A stretch of DNA of 64,000 nucleotides from Eledone cirrhosa (GCA_964016885.1 OZ024743.1:303552001-303616000); one strand, 5' to 3'; counted from the first letter of the stretch, positions 27,001 through 38,606 are shown. Notes: generated from the letters alone by a model not told the origin. A program made the numbers and translations.

Positions 27001-28872
27001 CTTCGGAAGTCCGTAAAGGTTGCTGGTTTTGTATTCAAAATGTGTTAAATAATCGCGTTCCCTTTTAGTTAGGTCTTCCTGGTATCGATAAATCTGTGTT
27101 TAATCTGGTCATTGTTTTTGATTGCTGGTAGTGTTTTACTCTTTCATAGTAATTAGTATTTTGTAAGAGAGAGAACATAGAATGTTTATGTTTTTCAGCC
27201 TCCATAATGACAACAGCACTTCCCATGTCCGCTTCCTTAATTATAATGTCCGTATTGTTTTTTAGTTCTTGGATAATATCCCATTCCCGTGGACTCGTGT
27301 TGGGTTTGGGTTTAGGTTGCGGTAGTTCATGGTATGGGAAAGTAGCTATGTGGTCACACAATTTGTTCAGAACTCTGTTTCTACATTTTGTTGGGTTGTA
27401 GCTGCTTTTATTCCGTACAATTGATTCGTCGTTATTCTCCCTGTCAAAGAATACCTCTGTGACACGTAATTTTCTACAGAAGTGTGAGATATCATCATTT
27501 ATCTCATTGGGGTTAGAGTATTGTGGTATTGGTGTGAATTTCAGTCCTTTAGAGAGAATTTTTACTTGTTGGGCTGAGAGGCTTGTATTTGAAAGGTTGG
27601 TTATTTTCCGTTTTTCAAAATCGGTTTGTGCCACCGGGTGCCGTGGGTCCTGTAGCCCTGGTCTAAAAAATGATTTTAGTTGTGTGGTCTTGTATAGAAG
27701 TTTCGGACGTATTGAGGTTCGGTTTGTTGATAGTCCGCGTTGTATATTTTGTTCCTTTGTGTGGATTGGGATCTACGGTTTTGGAACAGGCTCTGTGTCG
27801 GCAGAGGTCTACGATTTTGGAATAGGTTTGTGTGGGTTGTGATCTGCGGATCGGGTCCTGTCAGGTGTTGGGGGATCTTCGGTTTTTGTTATTAGGGTTA
27901 TAGTCTTATCTATGGGTTCTGGGATTATCGTTATAGTTTTGCTGGGGGTATGTTGGACGTTTTGTTACTTTTTTTTGTTATTTGTTGTGGATGTTTTGTT
28001 ACTTTTTTTGTTATTTGTTGTGCATGTGGTGTGTGAGTTTTAGTTTGTTTTAAAAATGGGTTACTTGTATGTTGTTCATTTTTGAAGTCAATTTCGTAGT
28101 TGTTGAACCAGGAGGCGTTTTATTCCCATGGCTGGAGGGATGTTCGTTCTTCATCCTCACAGTTGTCTTTCCATAGTTTTAAGGTTTTTTTGTAGAGTAG
28201 GCCTTCAGAGTGCTTTGAGATTTCTGTGTCCATCTGTTGGTGTCCATCTATTGGGGACTTGAATTTTTCTTCGTTGGAGTTGGCTCTTAATCGCAAAGGT
28301 TCTATTTCTATTTTAATTTTTTCTAACGGCATCTTTTCCCTAAGTCTTTGTTGGTTTTCTGGTTCATTCGAGTTTTTTGGGGAAGATGATTGGGGTAGAG
28401 TTTAGCCACTTTTCATATATGTCTGCCTTGCCATTATTTTTTAGGAGATTCCAAAAGGCGAATTTGCGGCTGTGAGCTTTTGAGTCCATATATTGATTAG
28501 GGTGTTTTTCACTGAGTGGACATCTCGGAGATTGGGTTCTAATGGTTATTCCAGCTTTCGGGGCATTGCTGTTTCAATGGTTTGGATTAGTTTAGTTAAT
28601 GCTGGGGTTCTTTTTTACAGATGTGTATTTGGTCCACTTTGTTGGTCAAAATTGAGAGTTTAGAGGAAATCTCTTTGAATTCATTTAAGATGTCCTGGTT
28701 CAGTGAGTTGTTGTTTTGTTGAGACTTTGGTGGCATTTTCGGTCTTCGTGTGGTGGGTATGTATTAGAAAGTGAGTTTTTTTTTACAAAATGAAAAATAA
28801 CCGAGGTGTCCTACACGAGTGAAAGTATAAAGAAAGAAAAATGAAATGGAAAATGCAACTGGAGTCCTATTT

Positions 28873-28880
<8 letters not shown>
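24025..28880 (-). mobile_element. Penelope-like element (probably Neptune-type), near full-length and degenerate, with terminal direct repeats
   Basis: Minus-strand fragments NLSNTSLS...LSKGLKFTP, IIKEADMG, SFDVVNLYTTIP, MGTKAAPTYSNL, YLDD, LPFLDI, linker CGRSNCGTC and GIY-YIG NLLYAIKCKGCNEDYIGQT (about 25610-25670). A ~120-bp direct repeat lies at 24025-24150 and 28763-28880. Confidence 0.88.
24161..24198 (-). ncRNA. Minimal type I hammerhead motif in the PLE 3' terminus (U3-A8 core)
   Basis: cuu UUGAAAA gcag-aagaa-cugu GAAA ccgg UA aag, with a palindromic stem III. Confidence 0.6.
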
Positions 28881-28911
<31 letters not shown>

Positions 28912-29102
28912 CCGCCCTGCCCATCCCTACTATCTTTTTAATTTCTCACTCCTTCTTCTAAGGAAAGACTAGTGTCGGAAACGTTATCAACCTCTTCCTG
29001 CTCTTTCAAGAGTTAAACTAATATTCTCCTTCCATATACTGTATCGATTATATTGTTATTTCTGTTTACCTTTTACACACACTCACACACACACACACAT
29101 AT

Positions 29103-29139
<37 letters not shown>

Positions 29140-29145
<6 letters not shown>

Positions 29146-29330
29146 CTGTAGTAGAGTTTGTGCTGCTGTACGGGTCTGAGACTTGGACACTGACGAACAC
29201 AGTCCCTCTGATGATAGATGTGTGATACACTAGAATGCTGAGGATGACTCTGAACATTAATCAGTATACACTGAGGATGAAGAGATCAGAGCTGTACGGG
29301 ATCCTCCCAAAAGTCAGCAACATTGCCGGT
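29140..29330 (+). mobile_element. RTE-type LINE fragment (post-RT region)
   Basis: Translates to AVVEFVLLYGSETWTLT...YTRMLRMTLNI. Confidence 0.7.
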
Positions 29331-29356
29331 CCACCAAAAATATTTATTTTTATTGT

Positions 29357-29755
29357 TTTTAATTAAACATACGGTATATTGCCAAATATACCATACATAC
29401 ATTCATGTATACCTCGCTATTCTAGACCACCAATCCTAGTAACTAATGTTTGCTGGACCGGTAATCGCTCTGTATAATCAGCTCCTGATTATTACTGGAA
29501 TTCTATAAGAATCGAGCTTCTATAATTTTTGGCGGAAGCAGAGTAGTGCGTAGCTCTGATGAACGCCAACCAGTGTGAAACAGACTGTCAGATTCTCTCC
29601 CTTCTTTCGCCGAACAGAAGTAAGTGACATAGTCAATACTTTAAAACTGATAGCGTATGGTCTTCTAAATGTTTTAAATTAAACATACGGTATATTGCCA
29701 AGTATACTATGCATACACTCATGTATACATCGTTATTTCAGAGCACCAATCCTAA
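29357..29755 (+). repeat. Partial tandem repeat (~315-bp period, about 1.25 units) containing a hammerhead
   Basis: AATTAAACATACGGTATATTGCCAA...CACCAATCCTA occurs at about 29360 and 29677. Confidence 0.75.
29552..29593 (+). ncRNA. Minimal type I hammerhead ribozyme motif
   Basis: agcu CUGAUGA acgc-caacca-gugu GAAA cagacug UC agau; canonical core and GUC site, with one stem-I mismatch. Confidence 0.7.
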
Positions 29756-31394
29756 TATACATATATATATTTGTGTATTCATACATACTTACATAAATAC
29801 ATGCATACATCTATATGTGTTAATATATACTTAATATTTAACTATTGATTCTCCGGGTCATTAGCGCTAACTTACGTGGCCATATTTGTATTGTAGATGC
29901 CATCAATTTAATAGGAAATTGCTTCCGAGACGTCAAAGGAACTAAATCACAAGAAATGGAATCTGCTGCCCCTCTAGCGCATGTATAGAAATTACATACA
30001 TGCATACACACATTCATACATACACGCATACATAGGTATATACATAATTACATATATACAGACAGACAGATAGACATAGATTAAAATATATATATATATA
30101 TAATCCTATCACAACCCTTTCGTTTTATGGCTGTCCAATTTATTTTCCCAGATATCTATTTACAATATTTATATCGGTCAAATCTACTTTTTTCTATTAT
30201 TTGTACCTCATGCTGTTCATTTCTTCCAAAGGATACAATCTTAGTGTGGAATTAACGTCGTGATAGGAATATGAGAATCATTTTCCTGATTGTGTTTTTA
30301 TTGACAACAAAACATGGTTTTAGAAGAGTCGACTAAGTTACTTCATACATGGCGTACTCCAAACGTTTATCTTCCCGTTTCTGTACATTTCCGGTTGAAT
30401 ATGCGTGTGTTTATGTGTATAATTGTGTTGTTATGTGTATGTGTATTTGTATGGTTTGTTTCTAGTTGAAGTAGAACAGCAAAAAGGAGCACCAAGGGCC
30501 GTTGGAATTGTTTCCTGCGTTGCCCTTAAAATGTGGTCCAAAATGCTATGTTGTATTCAATAATTACAGAACACAATTTTGCATTACAAATGCAATATAT
30601 TTATTTAGAATTATGATGAGTAAATATTTTACCAGGCAGGTGATAATATGTAGACAACACTTTCCTTGGCTCCGAATTTCAAAATCTCCCTTTGTTGATA
30701 ATAACTATAATAAAATATTAAAGTGCAATATATACATTATTCAAAGCATGAATGTAAATATTCGTATTTACAGTTATACAAACTATATTAGATTGAAATC
30801 TGAGGATAATATTTTTACAAAATGTGATATTGCATTTTGAGTTTCAGTGAATATGTTTGAAATTAAATGCATTGCAGCATATATGATTGCAGACATAAAA
30901 AATTATATAAAATAAAACACCGGTCCATAATCTCAATAAAATGTCAACTTGGTGTTCAATGTATCCGTTATTTGTCTCTAGCGTAATTTATTATTGGCAT
31001 ATTAAAAATTAAACAAACAAATAACAAAGCCAAATATAAAGACATAAAATAAAATATATTATCCAGATTTAAAATTATAACATCAACGTAATTAATCTTG
31101 CCAATGCAGTGACCCAGAAGAACAAAGACGCTTAAATAATAATAGTCTTTTAAAATGAAAACATAAAGAAGGCAGAAGAAAATTGCTGACAATACGATTG
31201 GATGCGAGTGTTCTGTTATTTTGTTTTTAAACAATTGATTTTTTAAATTTCATTTATGTTTCTTACTAAATTTTTCTATTAGTGTTTGATGAATTGACAA
31301 CAATAGTTTCAGGATTCTTTGTCAGAAAGATTATAAATCTGCTTGACTAAATGCCAACTCTTTCTACTTAAGTTTCTCTTCACTCATCTGCATA

Positions 31395-31438
<44 letters not shown>

Positions 31439-31489
31439 ATATCTACACATACATAAATCTATCTATCATATCTACACATACATAAATAC

Positions 31490-34400
31490 AAGAAACAAAA
31501 AACTGTTAAACATTGTGTACAACAACAATCTAATAAAAACACAAGGGCCTAACTTCACCCAGGCAGGGGATTTCCCCCACCTCAAAATGATTAAGGCCCC
31601 ACAGGACACCTATAAAACTTTAAAAAACAATTTTAAAGAGGACGTGGGTCCCCCCTGCGTCGGGCCCATTAACCGCGTCCTCCTAAAAAACTATCCCACC
31701 CCATCCCCAAACACCCACACAACTCCAAGCTCCCCAACCACACAACACACTGATGCCCCCACACTTCCACAAACCACCACCCCACCCAACAACCCATCCC
31801 CCACCCTAATGGAAATTGTGCAGCCCGATACCCGGGACGCAGAGAGGTAAGTGCCTTTTCTCTTCACCACCAACATGGCTATGCTAAGAGTAGGCTGTTT
31901 AAATGCGCGTGGCCTGGGCTCAACTTGGAAGCAAGCAATGCTTCTAAATGACCTCAGGTCACAACGTATAGATGTGATGGTTATTTGCGAGGCCCGGATC
32001 AGCAACGTGCGACAGCTGGCCCCCACCTTTGATGACTTTGAGATGCACGCATCTCTCTGTCAGCCCGGAGGTGGGGGTGGAGTTGTCGTTCTGCTGCAAA
32101 AACATCTGGGTCTCGCAACACAGATGGTACATATGGACCCGGAGGGTCGACTAGTGGTTCTGGACCTTGGCAGTGGTAAAGGCGGAGCGTTTAGGTTGGT
32201 AGCCGCCTACGGCCCTTTCGGGTCAATGCGGCCGGACTTCTTCCATCGTCTGGAGACTTTTCTAGGGACGTCCCGCTCCTTGCTATTAGTGGGGGACTGG
32301 AATGGTATCCTAGATGCACGCTGGGACTACGTAGGGGCCTGCCCCGATAGAGAGGGGTGTAATAGCCTCAAAGGGTTAATCGGTCGATTTGACCTGGCCG
32401 ATAGATATCGACTAGATTTTCCGACTGCGCCAACCTGGACTTGGGCAAATCGTAGCGGATCATCTAGGTCGTACCTAGATAGGTTCTTAGTTAGAATTAA
32501 GGATAAGGACTTTTTAAGTTGTCCAAAAATGCGCATGGTTGGCTATTCAGACCACAAATTAGTGACCTGCATGGTCAACCTTGACAGAACTCATAGACAG
32601 GGCCCCGGTTACTGGAAGCTCAACTTGTCCTTGCCGGCAAGTAGAGCCTACAGGAATCGGATTAGTACGTTAGTTAAGGAACGGTTGACTGGAGCGATCG
32701 TCAACAGCAGGTGGTGGGTATCTCTAAAGAGAGAGATTAGAGTAGTCTCGATAGAATTTAGTAAGGTTCTAGCTGCGGATAGGAATAGGAAGGAAAGGGA
32801 GCTAATAGATAGAGTAGAAGAGGCAATTAGAAGCGGCGACGTGGCCAGAGTGCTAGCGTCGAGAACGGCTTTGAGCCAGTTTTTCGACGCGAAGCACGAA
32901 GGCTGCGTTGTCCGAAGTAAAATACGTGCTCTAGGGAACGAGGGGACCAAAGCTGTTAGCTGGGCCCGCGTGACAGAGGCCAACAGTGGAACTAAATCCA
33001 CCATCCGGTCTTTGCGAGACCTGGATGGACGGGCGATTCTTGAGCCTAAGCAGATGTGTGAGGCCTTTCAAAGGCACTTTGCCCGACTGTTCGGGAGGGG
33101 CGGGGAGCCGGTTGGGAACGTGGACTTCGGTCCATACCTCAACGGCCTGCCACGCCTCTCGGACAGGGAGGCGAAGTCCTGCGAGGAACCGATTTCGGCC
33201 GCTGAGATAGAGGACGTGCTGAGCCAATGCGGCAAACGCAAATCCCCGGGTCTCGATGGTCTTCCTTACGAATTATATCTAGCTATGCCGGACTTGTTCC
33301 CCGATCTCCTCGAGGCGGTCTACTGCAACTGGCAACAGAACGGGAGAATTCCCTGTACTGTGACCAAGGGCGTAGTCACGCTAGTGAGGAAGGACGAGAA
33401 CAAGGGGGACGAAATAAGTAACTTCAGGCCCATAACTCTGCTAAATACAGAGTTACAGATTTTGGCCAAGGTGCTAGCAAAGAGGTTGGCGCTTGTCGTG
33501 GGCAACCTGGTGGGAGATGTGCAGACATGCGCTATCCCGTCCAGGTCCATCCATGACAACCTCCACCTCATGCGATACATCATAGAGAGGGTTGGGAACG
33601 AACCCGGCTTTGGTGGGGCTCTGATCAACTTGGATCAAACTAAGGCGTTCGATAGGGTCGACCATGGTTACCTGGATGCGGTGCTAGCGGCGGCAGGCTT
33701 CGGACCCGTTTTCACTGCTATGCACAGCAGCCGCATCTGCTCTAGGGTCAAGGTGAACGGCTACCTCTCGGAGCCGTTCAAAATCGCGCGGTCCATCCGA
33801 CAAGGGTGCCCTCTCTCCTCCCTTCTGTATGTGTTGACTCTCGAGCCACTACTGCGGAAGTTGGAGTTGTTGCAGGGCATCCCTTTGGAACCGGGATTGC
33901 GGAAAGCGGTGTCGGCCTACGCCGATGACGTGACAGTAATGGTGTCGACGGCCTCCGAAATCGAGGCGGTCGGCACCTTACTGGAGGAGTACGAAAAGTT
34001 CACAGGGGCTAAGCTGAACCGGGACAAGACGATCGGTTTGCAACTCGGCACGTGGAGGGGCAGACCGATGCCCTCCGATGGCGTCGTCGGACGCTGGACG
34101 GAGGGCCCGGTGAAGTTGCTCGGGGTCTGGTTCGGACCGGACCTCCAGGTGGAGAAAAACTGGGCGGAGGTTACAAACAGGGTGTTTGCACTGACCCAGA
34201 AGTGGGCCAGTTGCAAACTATCCCTGAAAGGTCGGGCGGAGGTGGCGAACACCTACATAGCGTCCGTCATCTACTACCGCCTGACCGTAGTGCCCTGCCC
34301 AAGGGAAACCCTCACCAAGATGGAGCGCGCGCTCTTCCAATTCCTTTGGAAGAGGCGGGCTCCTATGGTGAGGAGATCCATCTGCTGTCAACACCCTTCG

Positions 34401-35561
34401 AAAGGAGGGCTGGGGATGCCGTGGCTAATGATGCGTAAACACGCATTAAGGCTACGGCACCTCTACGTATTCCTCACCGGACAACCGGTGTGGGCCTCGT
34501 TTGTGAGACGAACCTTTCCCAGACTCGTCTCACTCACCGAGCTGCAATCCTGGGTCAAGCAAAGACCGAGAAAACTGGGCGCCTGGCACACTGAGTGTGC
34601 CCAGGCGCTCACCGCCCTCTGGCAGGCGGATCCGGTTATCAGTGGAGACTCCACCGCAACATTCTATAGAGGGCTGGTACGCAGCAGGTGCGACGACGCC
34701 CTCGGAGAAGCCCTAGACATGGAGGAGGACGAACTGGCCAGCCTGTTCGGTAGGACATTCAGCCCGGGACCTATGGACAACTTCCAGAAGTCCCTGGCCT
34801 GGCAGTGCTACCGAGGGGCTTTACCCGTTCGAGAAAGGCTCTACAGACACGGGCGCCCGGGTAGGGACCCCGCCAAAAAGATCTGTCCCAGATGCGTGTG
34901 CGACGAGGAAACCGTTGCACACGCATTGGTACACTGCTCGGGCGCAGCCGATCTGTGGGGCTATGTCGAACAACTGCTGTCAAGGGTGGGACCGATCCGG
35001 TTGACCAACGAGTCTATTGTAATGATCAAGCCGCCTCCCCCCTTCAAAGATGAAGCAGAGGCGGTGTTTCTGTGCGTAATAGCCATGGCGAAAGAGGTTG
35101 TATGGTGGACGCGTCTGAAAGGACTGAGGTCAGGCACCTTTCTCTCTGGCCAACAACTGGTCCGTTTCTTCCGATATCATTTCGGAAGAAGGATCAGGAT
35201 GGAGAGAGAGGTGCTGCACCCCAGCCGTTTCTATGAAAGATGGGTGAAAGTGGCGAGAATGGCCCGTGTGAATGGGCCTTCACTCTACATCAGACTATAG
35301 GTGAGGAAGATGAAAGACCAAGGGAGCACCCCTTCTCTGTGCTCCTGAGGAGAAGGGTTGCACACTTTTTTCGGGGGTGTGTGCGACCCCCCAAGGCGCC
35401 TCCTCTCTATTGAGGATTTTGTTAAAAATTTTATTTTTTGTGATATCTTATTTTATTTTTATATTTTGTTATTGCCTCCTCCTTATTGAGGACGCCTTTT
35501 TGTGTAAACTCCCCCCTTTGTACTTGTCCCACTTTTGATGCCCTAGTGGCAAATAAAAGAA
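31490..35561 (+). mobile_element. Tx1/L1-clade non-LTR retrotransposon copy 3, 5'-truncated in ORF1, with intact ORF2
   Basis: Lies between (TATC)n tracts (about 31395-31437 and 35562-35640). ORF1 tail ends at TAA 31850; the 3' UTR ends CCCTAGTGGCAAATAAAAGAA. Confidence 0.93.
31875..35300 (+). CDS. ORF2 polyprotein: apurinic-like endonuclease, reverse transcriptase, CCHC zinc finger (about 1141 aa)
   Basis: Uninterrupted ORF. ATG 31875 is in the CAACATG context shared with copies 1 and 2. Motifs: NARG, GDWN, YLDR, SDH, KSPGLDG, FRPITLLN, DQTKAFDRV, QGCPLS, YADD, CPRC..EETVAHALVHC. Confidence 0.93.
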   Translation: MAMLRVGCLNARGLGSTWKQAMLLNDLRSQRIDVMVICEARISNVRQLAPTFDDFEMHASLCQPGGGGGVVVLLQKHLGLATQMVHMDPEGRLVVLDLGSGKGGAFRLVAAYGPFGSMRPDFFHRLETFLGTSRSLLLVGDWNGILDARWDYVGACPDREGCNSLKGLIGRFDLADRYRLDFPTAPTWTWANRSGSSRSYLDRFLVRIKDKDFLSCPKMRMVGYSDHKLVTCMVNLDRTHRQGPGYWKLNLSLPASRAYRNRISTLVKERLTGAIVNSRWWVSLKREIRVVSIEFSKVLAADRNRKERELIDRVEEAIRSGDVARVLASRTALSQFFDAKHEGCVVRSKIRALGNEGTKAVSWARVTEANSGTKSTIRSLRDLDGRAILEPKQMCEAFQRHFARLFGRGGEPVGNVDFGPYLNGLPRLSDREAKSCEEPISAAEIEDVLSQCGKRKSPGLDGLPYELYLAMPDLFPDLLEAVYCNWQQNGRIPCTVTKGVVTLVRKDENKGDEISNFRPITLLNTELQILAKVLAKRLALVVGNLVGDVQTCAIPSRSIHDNLHLMRYIIERVGNEPGFGGALINLDQTKAFDRVDHGYLDAVLAAAGFGPVFTAMHSSRICSRVKVNGYLSEPFKIARSIRQGCPLSSLLYVLTLEPLLRKLELLQGIPLEPGLRKAVSAYADDVTVMVSTASEIEAVGTLLEEYEKFTGAKLNRDKTIGLQLGTWRGRPMPSDGVVGRWTEGPVKLLGVWFGPDLQVEKNWAEVTNRVFALTQKWASCKLSLKGRAEVANTYIASVIYYRLTVVPCPRETLTKMERALFQFLWKRRAPMVRRSICCQHPSKGGLGMPWLMMRKHALRLRHLYVFLTGQPVWASFVRRTFPRLVSLTELQSWVKQRPRKLGAWHTECAQALTALWQADPVISGDSTATFYRGLVRSRCDDALGEALDMEEDELASLFGRTFSPGPMDNFQKSLAWQCYRGALPVRERLYRHGRPGRDPAKKICPRCVCDEETVAHALVHCSGAADLWGYVEQLLSRVGPIRLTNESIVMIKPPPPFKDEAEAVFLCVIAMAKEVVWWTRLKGLRSGTFLSGQQLVRFFRYHFGRRIRMEREVLHPSRFYERWVKVARMARVNGPSLYIRL

Positions 35562-35643
<82 letters not shown>

Positions 35644-35645
35644 TT
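35562..35645. repeat. (TATC)n microsatellite
   Basis: About 20 pure units at the 3' end of Tx1 copy 3. Confidence 0.95.
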
Positions 35646-35711
35646 ATCTATTTATTTATATGTTTCATATATACTTGTATGTGTCTGTGTGTACGTATTT
35701 ATGTTTCTAAG

Positions 35712-35743
<32 letters not shown>

Positions 35744-36748
35744 CACATCCCTATCTGTGTGTATAAGTGTGCGTGTGTGTGTGTGTGTATGTGTGTGTGT
35801 GAGTCATTTAGACGAGTGAATTAGAGTCTGAGAGTAAGTTATGGGTCGTATAACTATGGAGAGAATGTTAATTTAATAGTGAAGCATCGTGTGATTTAAA
35901 AGAAATCTTTAAATATATGGTGAATCTTACGCAAGTTAAAGGTGATTAGTTCTGTGTGACAATGCTTTCTGTAATTGCCTAGGTTTCCTTTTTAGAGTAT
36001 ACTAGCAGAAAAACCACCCCTCGGGTGGTCTTCTGCTAGCTTGTGTAGTGTGTATATTGATATTATATTCATGTAGATATGAATCGTCAAATAAAATCGT
36101 AATTAACAATATACACAGAAATTGAACGAAGACTGTGTTACACTGTCTTATGCAATCAGTAACGTAATCCATGACACATTAAAAAAAGACGTTATTCTAT
36201 ATAAACTGCATTAGGAGAAAATTAGTGACAGAAAATTAATATGTTTATTTAAGCGATCGCCACTGGAAGTGTTGACATTGGAAAATGTTAAAGAAGTGAA
36301 TCTTTAAATAAATAATAAAATATATTAAATGAACAGCCACAAAATTTAGTAGTTAAATTATGTAATATTCATTCATTATTTATTCAATGTAATCCAACTT
36401 ACTTTACTAATGTCATAACAAATTATAAACCGTACGCAGTCCCGCTATTCTTACTTTATTATAGTTTAGATGACGTTGTTATACAGAGAAGTTACCGTAT
36501 TATTTTATATATATTATTTTCAAGCTGTAAATATCTATTTAAATGTCTTTGCTGATATTTTGGTATCTATATGAGTTTCGATATTCGGCGAATAGTGTAT
36601 CAAACAAGGTTAAAGTGAATGAGCTTATGCTTTAGAAGAAAATATATAAAATGTTTATTTCTTACTCTTTCTGGGAATTTTATAACAAATGCTGGTAAAA
36701 ATCTATATTATATGAGTGAACCTTTCCATTGGTCACGCAAAACGTGGG

Positions 36749-36821
<73 letters not shown>

Positions 36822-36871
36822 ATATAAAATAATAGGAGGCTGGACTGATGCAATTCCTTAAAAGGTTTATT

Positions 36872-36929
36872 ATACTATGATCATTTCACTGACCGGGTTC
36901 AGTATGAATCCGGTGACATCATCAGGTTT
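36872..36929 (-). ncRNA. Degenerate type I hammerhead motif
   Basis: aaac CUGAUGA uguc-accgg...ccggu-cagu GAAA ugauca UA guau; palindromic stem III, weak stem I and stem-II base. Confidence 0.4.
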
Positions 36930-36968
36930 TCGAATGACCAGTTCTGTCCAGTGGTGAACCAACAAACC

Positions 36969-36999
<31 letters not shown>

Positions 37000-37444
37000 A
37001 CATAGATATATGATATTGACAAATGGAAACTATATTTATAAAACCATATTTATTTCATTATACATATTTCAAGGAGACCAAGTTAAATTATGGTGTGCTT
37101 TAAATAGATAAAATATAATATAGAGAAGTTTTATGAATAAATATTGACATACCCTTAAAGAATGCAACCATTACTATTTGAAGCTCCCGGATAGTGGAGT
37201 TATATTTATACTTATAGTAATAAGTAAGTTAGTATTGGATATTTTTAAATAAGCCGTTGGGTTACGGAGAAAGAGAAATAGAGAGAGCATAACAACAGAG
37301 AGAGAAAAGAAATAGAAAAAAGAAAAAGAGAGAGAGAGAAGAAAGGGAAATTATTTGTTGAGTGCTTTATATCAGTTATAAACATATTTGCTTGTTGTAT
37401 CCCAACAATTTAAATAGAACTTTTGCATATATATATATATATAT

Positions 37445-38312
37445 ATTAAAATAACAGATTACAGTTTAAGCAAATAATCGCTGCTTTCACCCTCAACGGG
37501 ATCTTCTGAAACTAACAAAGTCAATCTGTAAACACAGAAGTGGATATTAAAAAAAACATTGCAACCTGACGAAGACAGGAAGACGATACTTTGGTTCGTG
37601 GTAACGTTCCCTGGCAAAGTTTTCTGTATCAGGAGTTTTAGGTATGTTTTCCTGCTTGGTACGGGTATGTTCCTTGTAGAAATATTCAGATGTTGTTTCT
37701 ACATGATGAATATAAGTGAATAGAGTGCTCAACCGAGGGAGCCAAATAGTAATAATAATAAATTTGAAGACTAAAATCCAAAGAGGGCTCGATAAGGATA
37801 AATATATATCAAATATATAAGAACCGTAGAGCAAATATTTATTAAAATAACAGATTAAAGTGTAAGCAAAGAATCGCTGCTTTCACCCTTAACTGGATCC
37901 TCTGAATATTATTACTATTTGGCTTCCTTGGTTGAGCACTCTATTCACTTATATTCATCATGCAGAAACAGCATCTGAATATTTCTATAAAGAACATACC
38001 CGTACCAAGCAGGAAAACATACCTACAACTCCTGATACAGAAAACTTTGCCAGGGAACGTTTCCACGAACCAAAGTGGCGTCTTCCTGTCTTCCTCCGGT
38101 TGCAACGTTTTTTGAAATATCCACTTCAGCGTTTACAGATTGACTTTGTTAGTTTCAGAAGATTCCGTTAACGGTGAAAGCAGCGATTCTTTGCTTAAAC
38201 TTTAATCTGTTATTTTAATAATTATTTGCTCTACGGTTCTTATATATTTGATATATATTTATCCTTATCTAGCCCTCTTTGGATTTTAGTCTTCAAATTT
38301 ATTATTATTACT
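37445..38312. repeat. ~395-bp-unit repeat: about 1.2 units on minus followed by one inverted unit, bounded by (TA)n
   Basis: TTAAAATAACAGATT at about 37446 and 37842; inversion at about 37907; other copies at 20500-20685, 23958-24003 and 57345-57615. Confidence 0.88.
38135..38210 (+). ncRNA. Hammerhead-like fold with CAGAAGA core (U4A variant)
   Basis: acagauuga-[cuuuguu]-aguuu CAGAAGA [stem II] GAAA gcag...uugc UU aaacu-uuaaucugu. Confidence 0.45.
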
Positions 38313-38451
38313 ATATATATATATATATATATATATAGTTTTTTTTATTTTATTGAAGCCAAAACGCATTGTTATAATTGCAGGACTGTCACACTCTGTT
38401 CCTTTATCACGACTCCTTGTGTCTCTCTCACCCTCTCTAACTCCATCTCCC

Positions 38452-38606
<155 letters not shown>

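Noticed and set aside
29200-29290. CTGATGA, CTGACGA and CTGAGGA motifs as hammerhead cores
   Set aside because: They lie inside an RTE coding remnant with no matching GAAA or stems.
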